64,000 nucleotides of DNA, from NCBI RefSeq assembly GCF_964355755.1, contig NC_092671.1:23200070-23264069 (forward strand), in the 5' to 3' direction. Made by a program: the position numbers and the translations under genes. This document shows, piece after piece, positions 13,701-27,120 of the stretch. The notes under the pieces are model-generated. The model saw only the letters and a program-made list of their open reading frames with translations, did no database searches and was not told the origin of the DNA. How positions within the stretch are numbered: position 1 is the stretch's first letter; every line of letters starts with the position of its first letter. Source of the DNA: Antedon mediterranea (Eukaryota > Animalia > Echinodermata).

Positions 13701-15200
13701 TGATGTTTTTTTTTTTAAACTATAGTTTTACCTTTTATACATATTTATATATTTTTATCAAATTTTGTAAAATACTACTTTTCAGCCTTTTGGCTGCCGT
13801 TGTATTTTTGATGTCTTTTTATGAATAAATATGCCTGAAATAATAATATTGTTAGTGCTGAATTCTGTCTATTTTGTGTCATATAGTATATACAGTATAA
13901 ACTGTATAATCTGTATACATATTACATACAGTGTAGGTGACATTACGGGACCCACCAATTATTCAAATTTTTAATCATAGCAATAGTATCAAAATGAAAC
14001 ACTAAGATAGCAAGTTCGGAAAGAAATTTTAATACGTAAAATATAGCTCTTTTAAATAATGTGATGAACTATGACGCAAAATATGAAAATACAACTTTTT
14101 TTATTCAACTGGCCATATGATGACGTCACAACATCTGATTGGCAAATTGTTCACATGGATTCGTATCTACAATCCAATAGCTTCCAAAAAACGTTTTAAT
14201 CATGATTATCACTTATTATTCTGACGAGCTATAACAGATTAAAATTTACCCTAAAGATGAAAATATGTGATAATATGACATTTTTAGACATGATGACGTC
14301 ATACAAATTAAAATATTTTTAACTCATGCGAAAGATAGTTGATTGACCTAGATAATATTAAAATCTTGGAGGAAATAAGATACGGAGAAGCGAGATGCGC
14401 TCTATTGAAAGTGATGAGCAATAACGAAAGAGACAAAAATCCTATATTTTACATTTGTGTGGCCATACAATGATGTCACAATGTTCCGTTAGCCATATTG
14501 ATGATTCATGATCCGATATCTACAACTCATTAACTTCCAGAATATGTAATTAAAAAAAGTTTACCTTGTAGTTTAGAATCTATGACTGTTTAAAAAATGG
14601 CATAATATTGACGAATTTTTGAACTTTTTCATTTAAAACGTGTACAAATTATACAATTTGACATGCTCGTATGATGTAATTTGAAGTCGAAATTTTTAAA
14701 AAATAGGTAAAATTACTATAAAAGGTTGGAAAAACATTCACGCAAAAAAATGTTTTAGCGCTACGTACGCACCATGCGCATACAAATTTGAACGCACATG
14801 GGAATTTTTTACATGCGCAAAATGTCATGAATCGCGTAAAAAGTTGATTAGAAATTAATTTTGGGCATTTTGAAATTTTAAATGCGCGTGTGCGCGTAAC
14901 TTCTTGTAAAACATGCCATTTTTAATCCACAAAAAGTTTGCCCTTGATATGATCTAAATTTTCACAAAGTGTCAAAACAAAATTATGCTTGGTTTTTAGT
15001 CTATGATCAATCATAAAATCGCGCGTAAGTCATGTTGCGCAACTCTGACGTCATTCAAAAATAGGAGGTGCAAACTTCAAGTAAATGCCCATATGTTGAC
15101 AAAGTTATGAAATGTTATGTTTACCTATTTCAGAGATACATTCTGCACAAAAAGTGAGGGAGAAGGACAGTAAGACTAATAAAGAAAAAAAAAAATCGTG
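10731..15200 (-). mobile_element. Helentron/HINE-type element split by a LINE insertion
   Basis: 10731-10838 and 13840-15200 are colinear with the intact copy at 55461-57040. Confidence 0.8.
10843..13833 (+). mobile_element. Degenerate near-full-length CR1/L2-group LINE (APE + RT)
   Basis: YTNAWSLKNK..DVAIVTE, GGGV, IYYPP, GDFN (endonuclease); WKKATIIPVPK, KAFDRVDH, GVPQGTKLGP, YVDD (RT); 3' cagcc..ggctg stem and AATAAA; multiple stops and frameshifts. Confidence 0.9.
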
Positions 15201-15494
15201 CCAATAAAATACTAAAAAATGTCGTCATTTTATGCGTACGTAAAATCCAGGAAACGTAAAATCAGTGGTACGTAAAACAAAGGTTCTACTGTATTCACCT
15301 TTGTTCAAGGCTAAAATGGAGTAGGTATGGGGGTGTCTGTATGCAAACGCAACATGTGCATACGTTAAAATATGAACATACTTTAAAATATTAACGAATG
15401 AAATGATTATGCATCCTATGACATTAAGTAAATGTTTACAGTGATGAATTGTGTCTATTTTGTGTCATACAGTATTTTTACAGAATACAATGTA

Positions 15495-16297
15495 CCGTAT
15501 ATTTCGGTGTATAAGTCGCACTTTTGACACGCAAATTTGACCTCTAAATTAAGGGTGCGTCTTATACACCGAACATAATGCCTCACCATACAGATTGTAC
15601 ATAGGCCTAGGCTATCGTCACCTCGTTTGCTAGGCCTGAGTAGGCTAGGCCTAGCTAAAGTAACTAACTAACGTAACGGCAACCTGCTTCTGCCTAGTTT
15701 TCAAGGCATTTTAGCATGATGTTATACTAAAAATATGATGAAAAGATTTGTTCATTATGGCGATAAAATTTCATTTGTAAACGTTTACGTACGATTGGAA
15801 TAGTATTATTTATACAGTAGTTATACGCACGATCGCCGTACCCCCAGCGCAAGCCCTTCTTGCGGCGGCCACATGGTGTACGGTATTCGACTAGTATATT
15901 CTCCAGGTGATTATAGCATGGACCTAGCGTACACACTTCTCGGATACATAGATACTAATCGAATACGATTGTCCGTGAAAACGTCCGCCCTCTCGAAATG
16001 ATCGAGCGAGGCTAGCCCACATATACGTGTTACACACATGGTCATGCACTCGATGTTGCGGCTGTTGAGGCTGGGCGCGGCCGAGCCTAGGTAAGAAAAA
16101 ACCTAAATAAAGGACGCCGTTGCAGATATAACAAAATATATTATTACAATAATATTGATTACAATTTAAAAAAACATTGTTTTGATGAAATATAAGGTGC
16201 GTCTTATACACCGACGATATAAAAAATACCGATATTTTACTCTCAGTTAGGGGGTGCGTCTTATACACAGGTGCGACTTATACACCGAAATATACGG
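15495..16297. mobile_element. pogo-like Tc1/mariner MITE (uninterrupted copy)
   Basis: TA TSD; TIR CCGTATATTTCGGTGTATAAGTCGCAC; internal ggtgcgtcttatacac repeats; sister copy at 59026-63166. Confidence 0.93.
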
Positions 16298-16750
16298 TAT
16301 ATATAATGATTCGGATATTGGCTGAACATAATAATAATTTATGGTTAAAACTCCCATCAAACTGTTTCCCATAATTGTGCCTGTCAACTTGTTGGCACTT
16401 TATTTCATGACACAAGTGTTCATTTTCAAATTATTAATAAATAAAAACACTTCACCACATAATCATATTTCAAAGCTGCGAAGGAGATCTTCTTTGATAG
16501 ATACTGTAGGATGGCATTGGCATATACTTACCAGATAATAACAAATTTCTTTATATTATGAGAGAGTGTAAGTTCTTCTTATGCACATATCTAATTATAA
16601 AAATGACTGGAATTGTACTTACGTAGTTTTACATTAGCGGGCACAATTGTTTCAAAGTTAGCGGCCAAAATTGGATCAAAATACCCCACTTTGGGTACTT
16701 GCTACTGTAATGTATGCATTTATAGCTGATAAAATACAAAAAAAACTAAC

Positions 16751-16987
16751 CTGTGCTCTTTTTATCATCAGCATACGAATAATATCCAAATGGCCGAAAG
16801 CAGCAGCATAGCATAGTGCTGTCATTCCATCATCAGAACTGGAACTCACACTTGCATCAAACTCCAACAAGAGAGATACCATTTCAGTATGACCTTCTTT
16901 GGCAGACACGCACATTATTGGTGCATTGTGTAAAATATCTGTTTTCTGGTTAGGATTTGCACCTGCTAGTAGCAAAAGACGACTGAC
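16751..16987 (-). CDS. TANC: TANC/rols-like exon 8 ([33 protein letters not shown]...), first ankyrin repeats
   Basis: Acceptor cttag, donor GTTAGT; 237 nt, phase 0-0. Confidence 0.93.
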
Positions 16988-17397
16988 CTAAGATAAGATA
17001 AGATTACTACATTAATTCTAAATAATGAATGTTCATGAATGCAATGGTACAAATAATTTATAAGGATGAGGCGAAACGAAGTAAAATATAACCTTTCAGC
17101 TTTCACCTCATGAATACAAAACAATTATAATTTGTTTCATAACATCTAAACAGATTCCTGTCATTTGACTCAGATCGAATACAAAAAAGGTAGGCCTACA
17201 TTGGATAAACATTCAAACGGTTTTTTGTAACATATTTATTATATATAAATATTTATTTTTATATTAATATTAAATATTATTATTTGATTTTATAACACAC
17301 CTACAGTTTTTTATGTCAACTACTTCTAAGCGAATTAGAATGTCATTCTTTAATTAAAATGCAAACTTGAACATTGTGGCTAGAGTACTACACTTAC

Positions 17398-17629
17398 TTT
17401 AACATTTGGAAAGAACACATTGCGTCTCTGAACTAACGTTTTAGATAGATTATCTGTATTAATGTGCATCCAAATAGCTTGCAGCTCTCTGGATGAGTAG
17501 CCCATTTGTCTGCCTAAAGCCTTGTAGATATGAGCTTTTAGAATGTGGTGCCCGAGTTCAAACGCCTGCTCCACATTTAGTCTTTTCAACTGGCGGGTCA
17601 TTTTGAACCCAATCAAAGCATGACCATAT
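17398..17629 (-). CDS. TANC: TANC/rols-like exon 7 (YGHALIGF...ELGHHILKAHIYK...RNVFFPNVK)
   Basis: Diagnostic TANC motif ELGHHILKAHI; acceptor ttttgcag, donor GTAAGT; 232 nt, phase 2 to 0. Confidence 0.95.
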
Positions 17630-18380
17630 CTGCAAAATAACAAAATATTTATTGTTCTATTGATAATGGGAAATTTAGTCTAGTTGCAATAGATTTAAAA
17701 AAGGCATTTGATACAGTTGTCACACAGTCACAACTACAGCTCTCTTGGACCATTGATCGACTTGTTATAATGATGTTTTCCACATGTTGTTAGGTCAACC
17801 CTGATACTACAGTGCAAGAAATGTTTGGAAAACAACATTCCATCTTTTTATGAATTTTCGTACAATTTGCAGTTTCCTTTCCAGAATTATGAAAATCAAT
17901 TTTATGTACTAGAGGGCTCGCTCGACCTCTGGTAAGTGCAGACGATGGTTCTCGGAATGTTAAATAATGACTCAGGTAAAAACCTCACAGGTTGTAGGAC
18001 ATTCAGGCCTGTACGTTTTTGTAGGTCATTTAACATGATTAAAATACTTGCTTATATTTGTAAAAATATTCTCAAATGATAAATATGCCATTTTTAAAGT
18101 ACCATGTATATTGTTTGGTAGGTTTTTTTTTTCCATTCAAGTGAGGCATTTAATGTTTTAGTTATAATATGTATAATCAAATCAAATAAATTTCCATAGA
18201 TATGAAAAGTAGTAAAAAAAAATAACAAATGCTTGGTAAGTATATATAGCACTCAATGAATTCTATTACAAATAGAACTAGAATTTATAGTGATCATTGT
18301 TAAAGAAGATAATTTTACTGACATTTAATTTTTTTTTTTTAATCCTTTGACCTGATACATATGCTTATATATTGCTGAAT

Positions 18381-19800
18381 TGTTCCTATTTGGGCCGTGA
18401 AGGCGGTTTTAGTTACCTATGTTCTTTAGCGTGTTAACATGTTTAATTGTAGAAGGACTACTTTGAATTACTAGGCAGCTTGCTGGATAAATGTAGTTAC
18501 CTATTGTGAGAAATAAATGGAAAGACAACTTGCAACTTATGTTTTCTGTGTAATTCATAATCCTTGTTTTTTTAACCCAAAGGATGGTCTCCTGTCCCAT
18601 TACCGTAGCGTTGGCTCTGTTACAGTAATTCAAACGTATTGCTTCTATAGCAAAAGAAATTGAGGTGTTCATGTATTCTATGCACTGTATCACAATATTT
18701 TGTATGCTGTGGTATAGTTGATTCGACGAGCAACAATTCAACAGTGTGTTGAAATTCGCCTATTACAAACAGGAGTTTATAATCCGTGTTTTCAAAGCTA
18801 GTTAGTCTATTGGTGGATGTTCGTTTTTGCAAATAATTTGTTTTATTGATTATAATCGTTAAAGCAGTGTACGAGTCTAAGTTATAGTTTATTAAATCAT
18901 GACGGAGGAAAGGTACAAATTGCGGGAAACCCAGAAACCAACAGAAAAGGGTACCGGTATGGCTTATCAGTTGGAATGTAAACGAACAGGTTTTGAATCA
19001 GAATGTCTGCAATTTGAAGGCAAGTTTAAACCGGTTAGCATTGAATTGCCTTATAAAAGAGGTCACCATAGGATCTGATAAAGCAAGAAAAGCGGTTTTC
19101 ATGTGCATGAAATGTAATGAACGCAAGACCTTCATATGCAGGACCTCGTCTTGGAACAGCATGTACGACTGCATGGTCTGCAAGGCCATCTGAAATGTCC
19201 ATTCCTGCTGCTGTCGGTTCAGCCATTGCTTATACTTGCGATATTCGGAATAAGGCTCCAGATTTTGTGGAACGCCGTCTATACCTTCTTCTGTTCCTGG
19301 ATTAATTACTTCGTATGCAGGCCTGCCTCCAGCCATGGGAAAGCAGACCATCATTTCAACACTGTGAGTATGCCACTTTATAATATTACACAAACTGGTG
19401 TTTACCCAAAATATCCGCCTCATAGTGATTCACGTAATATACCAACTTATGTTGATGCTCATATGATGATAGAATTGATCGATTCATTTAGACTTCGGGC
19501 TCTAAAGGTTGAACAGTTTGATGGTGACCCATTAAGGTTTCATATGTGGGATGCAGCATTCAGCATTTGATAGAGGCCAAAGCTGTATCATTTCAAGATA
19601 AGCTTAACCTTTCAAGACAACATTTAATAGTTACCTATTACTGCAAACAGAGAATTTGTATAATCTTGCACGCAAAGACCTTAAACACCGATATGGGAAT
19701 AATTCAGTTATCTCAAAGCCGACTTGAGAATTGGCCGAAAATTAACCCTAGTGATGCTATTGGTCTGCGATCCTACTCTGATTTTCTCAGTGAAGTTTAT
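18381..19800 (+). mobile_element. BEL/Pao LTR retrotransposon remnant (possible LTR about 18381-18743, degenerate gag)
   Basis: Gag motifs QFDGDPLRFHMWDAAF, LIEAKAVSFQDKL and RLENWPKINPSDAIGLRSYSDFL, broken by frameshifts; LTR limits (TGT...ACA) tentative. Confidence 0.7.
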
Positions 19801-19829
19801 CATATTTTTGGATAGGTTTACTATTTATG

Positions 19830-20080
19830 CTTTTATTATCCTCCCATTATAATGTATTCATTATTATCATAGCTGAGAGAGAAAATGTTCTTATCCAGTT
19901 TCTTTCTCTTTCTGTATAGTTATTAGGAGTGTACACATTTATAATATTTATTACTTTTTCATTATAACTGAAGCATAAAATTAGTATTCCACCTTCTTCG
20001 TCTGTAAATTTGTGTTTAATATCTTTAACATCTAAACTAGATTTAAACAAGATAGAGATTCCTTTACTATTTGTTGCCTG
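19830..20080 (-). mobile_element. L1/Tx1-clade endonuclease fragment
   Basis: NSKGISILFK...DEEGGILIL...IINVYTPN resembles the L1/Tx1 APE domain. Confidence 0.65.
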
Positions 20081-21111
20081 CCTTATACAATAACTGCGTT
20101 AAATTGTTTACAGTACATGTAATGATTCAACTTACTGAATCTGATTTCTTTTTTCAGCATTTTCTCCACTTACTGTGGCTTTCTTCCTATATCTCTGAAG
20201 CCAATCGTTTGACCAAGTTATACAAAGTTATTAAAGTGTAGATGTGCAGAAATATCACTTTGTTATATGACGTTGGATAGAGTAGCACAAATTGCAATGG
20301 CAATTTTTAACATGAAAAAAATAGTGTGCTACGCAAAAAATTATAAAAATGCAATTTTTAATTTCAAAAATTTATTTCGCGTACTTTTCAGGTCATTTTA
20401 AGCATTTGAAATTTGTTTGAGTTTTGTGTGCAAATTTGGTACAAAGTGTAGAAAATGGTTTTTATATTTGATTTTAGTTTTTCATACCTTCTGTAACAAA
20501 TTTCATTTTGATGACCTTTAATTGTTGAATTTTTAACGATAACGATGATCGAGCCAGACAGCAAATTTTTATACATTTTTTTAAAATGATCGTTAATGGT
20601 TTCTTGGTTCTTTCGAGCGTTGCTAGGAAACATGGACTTGAAATGTTGTGAAGTCAAGGCCGGTCATGTGCAGCCTGGCCCGCGTGAAAATTGAACAAGT
20701 CACGTGATTAAAACTTATTATGGAAGCTGTTAAATTGTAGATATGATTTCATATAAACATGTTGTCTATCGGATGTCGTGACATGGCCAGTTAAATTCAA
20801 AAAGTCAGATATTTATATTTTTCGTAATGCTAATCATATTTAAAAGACCGCGCATCTTATTTCTATGCACACGATTATCTTCCGAGTTTAATATTATTTG
20901 GCCCAGACAATCATCTTTTGAAATCTTTTTTGGAATAAAGAATTGGGTTTCTATGCTACTAATTTATATAACATTGTATTTTATACAGTGTATTCGGTAG
21001 ATAGTATGTATATGCTGTATGGCACATTTTCTTCATGTCGTGCACAGATAATCTAGTGGAATTTGTTTTCACTGAAGGGTCTAACTCCATTTACTATAAA
21101 TATATTCTTAC

Positions 21112-22168
21112 CTGTGTTCACATTGAAATTTTGGACTCTCTCCATCATCTCTATGATTTAACCATTCTCTAAATGATGGATGAAACAGCATCCAGGTATT
21201 ATCTCTTCTTTTCATCATAAAGCTGGAGATTGAAATCATTCTTCTTTGAAATTCATCCCATGGCAAAAACTTTGTAATATATCCAGAGTTAACAATATCA
21301 TATATTTGCAAATCTGTTAGTGGATATAATGCTGCAAGGCATATATTGAAAATTGAACTCACTTTTTCAAATACTTTCAATGTTGGAAAGTGACCATTGC
21401 ACATTAGTAAATATACTTCTGAAATATTTACTGGCAAAGTGTTTAATTCAGGTGTAGATTTTTGGAGTACACCTTTATTGAATAGGTCAAGTGTTAACTT
21501 AACATATAAAAATGAGCCTCTACTGTTTTGTTGCATTTTTTCCTGGAACTTAAGGTACGATTCTTCATCTAGTTGTCCATTTAATGACACAATTGAACGA
21601 ATAGTGTCACTGTTGCATACACGATGCATTATGTACTGTCCAATGTCTTTAGCAACATTTTCCGAGTGTGGATTATTCCCTTTGTCAAGGCTCATCTTAT
21701 GGAATGGTAGTAGTTTTGTAATGTCTTGCAGCTGAGATCTGACAGTAATTATAAGTTTCAACCATGAAGGAAACTTCATTATGTTCTTTGTTAAGAAAGA
21801 AGCAATTGTGTCTCCATAGTCAGATTTGTGAAACTCAGCTTCACTCAATCCATCCACTAGAATCAAGCATGAATCCATTTTTATCTGACCCTGAACTTTT
21901 AGATTGTTTAAGGGGTCAAGAATACCACGTATAAGAACTTCAGATGGGTTCTGCGAACATTCTCTAACAGATAGCAATGTCTGTAAATGTGGTTCTGCTA
22001 AAAGCATATCTCTGTACGGAGGCAGACTTTGTGCCAATTGAGCTGCCAAATTGTGAACCATGTCAGGTACAAAGCATGTTGGGCTGTTGTCAGCTTGGCA
22101 TATGTGAAAAGCCACCACTCGAGAAGCCAGAGAATCAAAAGCATTTATAGATGAATCCTTATGTGGTC
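21112..22168 (-). CDS. TANC: TANC/rols-like exon 6: NTPase body (VVAFHICQADNSPTC, Walker B LILVDGLSEAEFH, GSFLYVKLTLDL, FHPSFREWL)
   Basis: ORF 21108-22118 extended to the acceptor at 22169-70; donor GTAAG at 21110-11; 1057 nt, phase 1 to 2. Confidence 0.95.
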
Positions 22169-24213
22169 CTACTTTAAAAAGAAAAATTTTTCCAATAAAA
22201 AATGCCTAACAAAATGTATGACATTTTAAAATTCAAACAAGCTTTAACTTTTTATATGTTAACTAACTGATCTAAATATACATTCATAAGTCATCAGGGA
22301 AATAGTGTTTGTGATTATTTAATATCATTTTTTTGAAAACTTAAAAAATAAAATATATGAAGATAGATGATCTTGTTGAATCAAATCATATGCCGATTAA
22401 ATATGGTGTAATATATACTAAATTTAGAGAAAATAACAATGTAAATGCTGAGAATAACTAACTATTTTTCAAAAACAAACTAAGTATACTTGGTTACCAA
22501 ATTATAACACAAGATGGAAACATAAATAAACATAAACAAATAATATTGATGATGCTGTTCATCACATTAGCAAAAGACAACATTTTAATGAAAAAGTAAG
22601 AACATATTAAAGATTAAATTATTTTAAATCCTTTAAAACAGTTTAAGTTAGAAAATCATTTATAGATAGATTGGAATATAGACGTATTTTAACAAAATTT
22701 CGAATTGGTATACTAGATTTATAAATAGAGAAAGGCAGATGGAATAATGTGAGCAAAACAATAGAATATGCAAATATGTATAGAAAAGATGATGAATTTT
22801 ATTTTACTTTAATATTATGTGTATGTTATAATGACATTAGAAAAAACTGAATTCCACTTTATTGTATACAAATCCGTCAGTTTTTATGTTCTATTAATTA
22901 ATGTCCTTCAAAGGATTGTAATGTTTTATATAATTTATCAAAGTATTTTTATTTAGCATATACAAGAAAATGTTATTACAGTACTTTCCGTTCTATAAAT
23001 GTCATTTTGTTATGTAAAGGGGCCAAAGGCCTAAATTACGAATAAATTTCCCAGACCATTGGGTCTAGGAATGAAACAGAAAATTCATAAATAAACTTTT
23101 ATATAAAATTTACAAAAATATCAAGACATATGTAGGAAAAATAAAATTGTACTGTTGTTTTTGGTGACTACTTCTTCGCTTGCAGCTAAAGTACAATGAC
23201 GTCGCGTCACGTTAAAGAGTGTCGTCACAGAGTTTCATGCATATGCAAAAGGAATGTTTTGTATCTGCTAGCGCACTCATGATTTTACAAAATGTTTTGA
23301 GAGGGATAATGATGATGGTGCAATCGGTGGTACAGAAAATAAAATAAAGAAGCAGATTAAATAGTTGCTTATTTGACCCATTTGGCTTAGATGCCTATAG
23401 ACCTACAGGACTTTCTATGATACTACCTACTCACTAGCGGCCTAACTAAAATACAGTAGTCTAGAGTAGTAGTTTTAGTACACTACCTGGCTCAGGCCAT
23501 CCATATCCTCCTTCATCGTTACCGCGTGCAGATGTACACTAACCCAGCATACTCTAGCTAACTACACTTCCCACCCACCCTAGCTCTAGCTTATTTCGGG
23601 TCTCATGTCTTGCAGCATCTGAAAATACATACTAATACTGTACATTATTAATTTTTTTTATTCGCCCTGGAATATCTGTAGGCTTTCCTATTATGTTAAA
23701 ATTAAATATATTATTTTTTATCCTCAGCAGTGAAAAAAATTATATTTTGTTGTTGAGTATACCGTGATTTTAATTGCCAAAAACATGATCCCGATGGCTT
23801 GGGAGTTTCAACAAATCTCGCGTCCCGTGCGTGTGGTGGTAAAACACTCTAAGCAAGTTTGCTTCATTAATATGCATGAGACTCTGGGACGACCCGCTTT
23901 AATGTAACGTCATTTTACTTTAGCTGCATGCGAAAAAGTAGTCACCGTTATTTGTGGGAGAAGTTAATAACATTAGGCTATTTTCCCTCTATACAGATAG
24001 CCTAGTACTTCTAATACTCAGATGGCCATCACCCTTTTTTTTAAACGATTATTTAATATTAGATCCAATAACAACATTAAATAATTAAATGTTGTTGGAA
24101 AACAATAGCTTGATCAGGTTTAATAAAATTGAAAATGGATGTGGTGGGTCTTCAAAGTGCTAACAATTATCGCATGTCTGAATACAAAATAACACAAATA
24201 GTGAAACTTTTAC

Positions 24214-24465
24214 CTGGGTACCCAAGTAACTGTGCAATAGGACTTCTGGAAACAAGATGTACAATTAGAGCAGTTTTTCCCATTCCAACATCTCCTGTCA
24301 AAACAATACCCTTGACTCTAGGGCTTTGGCCTCCACTAAAACACATCTTCATCTCTGAAAACAACCAATCACGACCAACCAACAAATCACCTTCTAAGAT
24401 CCCAGGAACTTCAAACATAATTGGTCGAAGAAAAACTTGTGGAGGTTTGTAAGGAGCAAATCGAA
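24214..24465 (-). CDS. TANC: TANC/rols-like exon 5: VRFAPYKPPQ motif and Walker A (GDVGMGKT)
   Basis: Acceptor tttgcag at 24466-67, donor at 24212-13; 252 nt, phase 1-1; TANC motifs RFAPYKP, FEVP, GRDWLF. Confidence 0.95.
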
Positions 24466-24889
24466 CTGCAAAGATAAATTGCATAAATATGATTTAAGTA
24501 TTCCTAAAAAGAGACAATATTTTTTTTATCAAATACTTTTTTATCGTTTTCATTTGAAAACGCCAATAGTAGAGTAGAACTAGGGACCAACCTAAACAAA
24601 ATGGCAAAAAAGGTTTTTTAACGGATTTTGGTAGTATTGGGTGTACTAGATAACAGAAAAAAGTCTCAAGAATTTTGACCACCACCGGAAAGTTGTTCAA
24701 GATGGCCGCCAAATATGATAAAAAGTTAAAATGTCCTCTTAACTACTTGGTCTATATCTATTTCTGGTACCAAAATTTTCAGAACATACATATTTATATT
24801 TGCTCTAATTAAATAGAACATTTGGGCCAAAATTACCGGCAATGCTATTTCTTAGATGTTTCACATTTGACCTTGAAATGTTGAATCTT

Positions 24890-25510
24890 GGTAATCTTCG
24901 TTGAAATGTGACTGTCACAGGCAAACGCTCGTAACAATTCCTCCACCAGATGCTCAGTTTGCAGGTTCCACAAAAACAAATGCAGACTCGTTCAAAGCTA
25001 CTAAATCTGCAATTCATGTTACAATCGAAGAACCCACATTAAATACCCCTCTAGAAATTAATGCAAGTAGTACACTCCTCATCAGCAACTCTATTGAACG
25101 ACATATTAATGAAAAGGGTTTAGTGAACACTAAAGTTGAATGTCTTCGTGGGAAGAAAGCCATAGACATTAAGCATCTTCTACAACAGATGCCTTTACAG
25201 GACTTTGGTACTATAATTATTCACACTATTATGAATGACTGTACTTCATTAGCTGATGTTCAATTGGCTGAGCTTCACCTAAGGCTGTAATTGCAATCTC
25301 AACCGTATGTCCCAGAATTGATGATACAGTATAACCTATCAAGCTAAATTGACAAACTAAACATTTATCTCAGGAATCTATCATCAGACCAAGGATGTAT
25401 TCTAATAGACAATGATGATAACTTCAAATTAAAAGAGAACACCGCTGATCAGTTTACTCTTGACAAACATGGTCTTCATCTCTCCAAGATAGGATCCAAG
25501 AAGAGTGGGC
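24890..25510 (+). mobile_element. Degenerate LINE ORF1 fragment with SGNH esterase-like domain (CR1-type)
   Basis: LLISNSIERHI, CLRG, IIIHTIMND, IDND and DKHGLHLSKIG correspond to the SGNH blocks in decayed form. Confidence 0.55.
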
Positions 25511-26779
25511 CGGTGTTAAGACTGAACCCTAACTCAAAAAGTACTTCATTAAAGTGTATTTAACTGGTCCATCTCAGTAAATAATAGATTTGATATATTT
25601 AAGAACAGTAATTCCTGTAGAGATAGTTCATGTAAACAATATAAGTGTTCATATTCCTATTGTTAATGTTAACAATGTACTTACTAATGAGTTATGTAAT
25701 CAAAAGTCTTTATTTTTCAAAGATGCCTCACATTTTTCTATTAATAACAATTTTAATTTAAAAGGCGAAAGTTATGGTTGTAAAACAAAAAAAAACACAA
25801 TACTAATTGTTCAACCAGACCCCTGATGAGGACAGACATTCCTATGCAATTGATTTATACATTTTTTGTCAAGTTTTTAAAGCTGTTAGAACTACCATTT
25901 AATAACATAATTTATTGATATTGCAAATGTTGATTTAATATATAAAAATAAATTACTAAAAAAACCTAATTTTATATACAATTATTATTTTGAAAACTTT
26001 GTTATTCGGGCATTCGCCAAGTGGTCAACAGAGGGCATAATAACTATTATGTGAAAACAAAATGACACATTCAAAAACAAATTTGAAATAACATATATTT
26101 TTCAGGGGGACAAGACATCTTTAACACTGTTACGTCAACAAGCAAGCAGCGTTTTTTGTAAGAAATATTTCTTATTTAAATCTTTTTTCTTGTTTATTTT
26201 GATTGTATTGTTAAATACTGTAATTTTGATATTGATTTGCAAAAGCGTCAATTCAAATAAAGTTATTATTATATTAATTATTATACATTTATATTTCAGA
26301 AAATGAGATATTTTGTCACAAAATGGATGGAAGTTTATTGACCTTTAACTTCATATTTATAGCGATTCCATATTATGAGAATTGTGTGTGGAGGAGATTT
26401 TGCATAAAAATACTGAGAATATATGTTTTTATTGACTGTGTTGGATTGTTACATGAACAAGTTTACTAATATAATAAAGTATTTGAAGAAAGTGGATCAA
26501 CACCAACAATTTGAGGTACAGCTATTTTATCTGAATTCGATCTTAGCATTAAGTATTGGCAATTGTATATTCTGAACCATTTTATTATATTTCTATTTCA
26601 TAGTCACTTCATTACTATAGTAAACAGTACATAATTAGAGTTCATGTTCTATGAAATGTATTATTTTTATTGATGTGATTTTAATATTTTAATAAAAACA
26701 TCATATAAATCTTCTCCACACATATGCATATGTCGTGTTATGAAATTTTTCTTTCTCCTCTCTAACCTGGAACTTACTG

Positions 26780-27120
26780 TCATTATGCTTCCCACAATTT
26801 GTTTCCATATTTCTGTTTTAGGCAGGATGGTATGCTATTGTGAATTATTTTCTTTTTAAATCTCTTTTTATTTGGTTTATCCAGTTATCTTTTGGTCTTC
26901 CTGGTGGTCTTTTGACTTCTGTTTAGTTTCCTCCATTGTTTATTTAATTCAACCGGTAGTCTAATTATATCTTCATACCATTTTAATCATCTTCGTTTAA
27001 TTCTTTTACTTTGTTCTTCTTTTGTAATCTTGTATATTTTCGTGTTACTAACTCTATCTGTTAATTTAATCTTAATTTTATCTCGCAACATGCTATGCTA
27101 TCCTTTAATCTTTTGTTGAG
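26780..27120 (-). mobile_element. RTE-like LINE 3' fragment
   Basis: Minus strand encodes RPPGRPKDNWINQI, typical of RTE ORF C-termini; heavily decayed. Confidence 0.5.

Larger units (their letters stand above)
6103..15291. mobile_element. Tc1/mariner (Tigger/pogo-like) MITE expanded to 9.2 kb by nested insertions
   Basis: TA|CAGTAGAACC at 6103 and GGTTCTACTG|TA at 15291, with CGTAAAA subterminal repeats. A roughly 500-bp sister copy at 41982-42480 matches both ends. Confidence 0.85.

Noticed and set aside
15924-16268. Conserved-looking ORF duplicated at 62784-63137
   Set aside because: The similarity comes from two copies of the same MITE; there is no transposase motif.
18998-19423. 141-aa minus-strand ORF as a candidate TANC exon
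   Set aside because: It is antisense to the BEL gag remnant, and exons 6 and 7 already join in frame.
22240-22800. Possible Tx1/L1 3' remnant
   Set aside because: Too decayed to support with a clear motif.
23049-23799. Possible MITE with CCCAGACCAT-like inverted ends
   Set aside because: The match is short and imperfect and no TSD was found.
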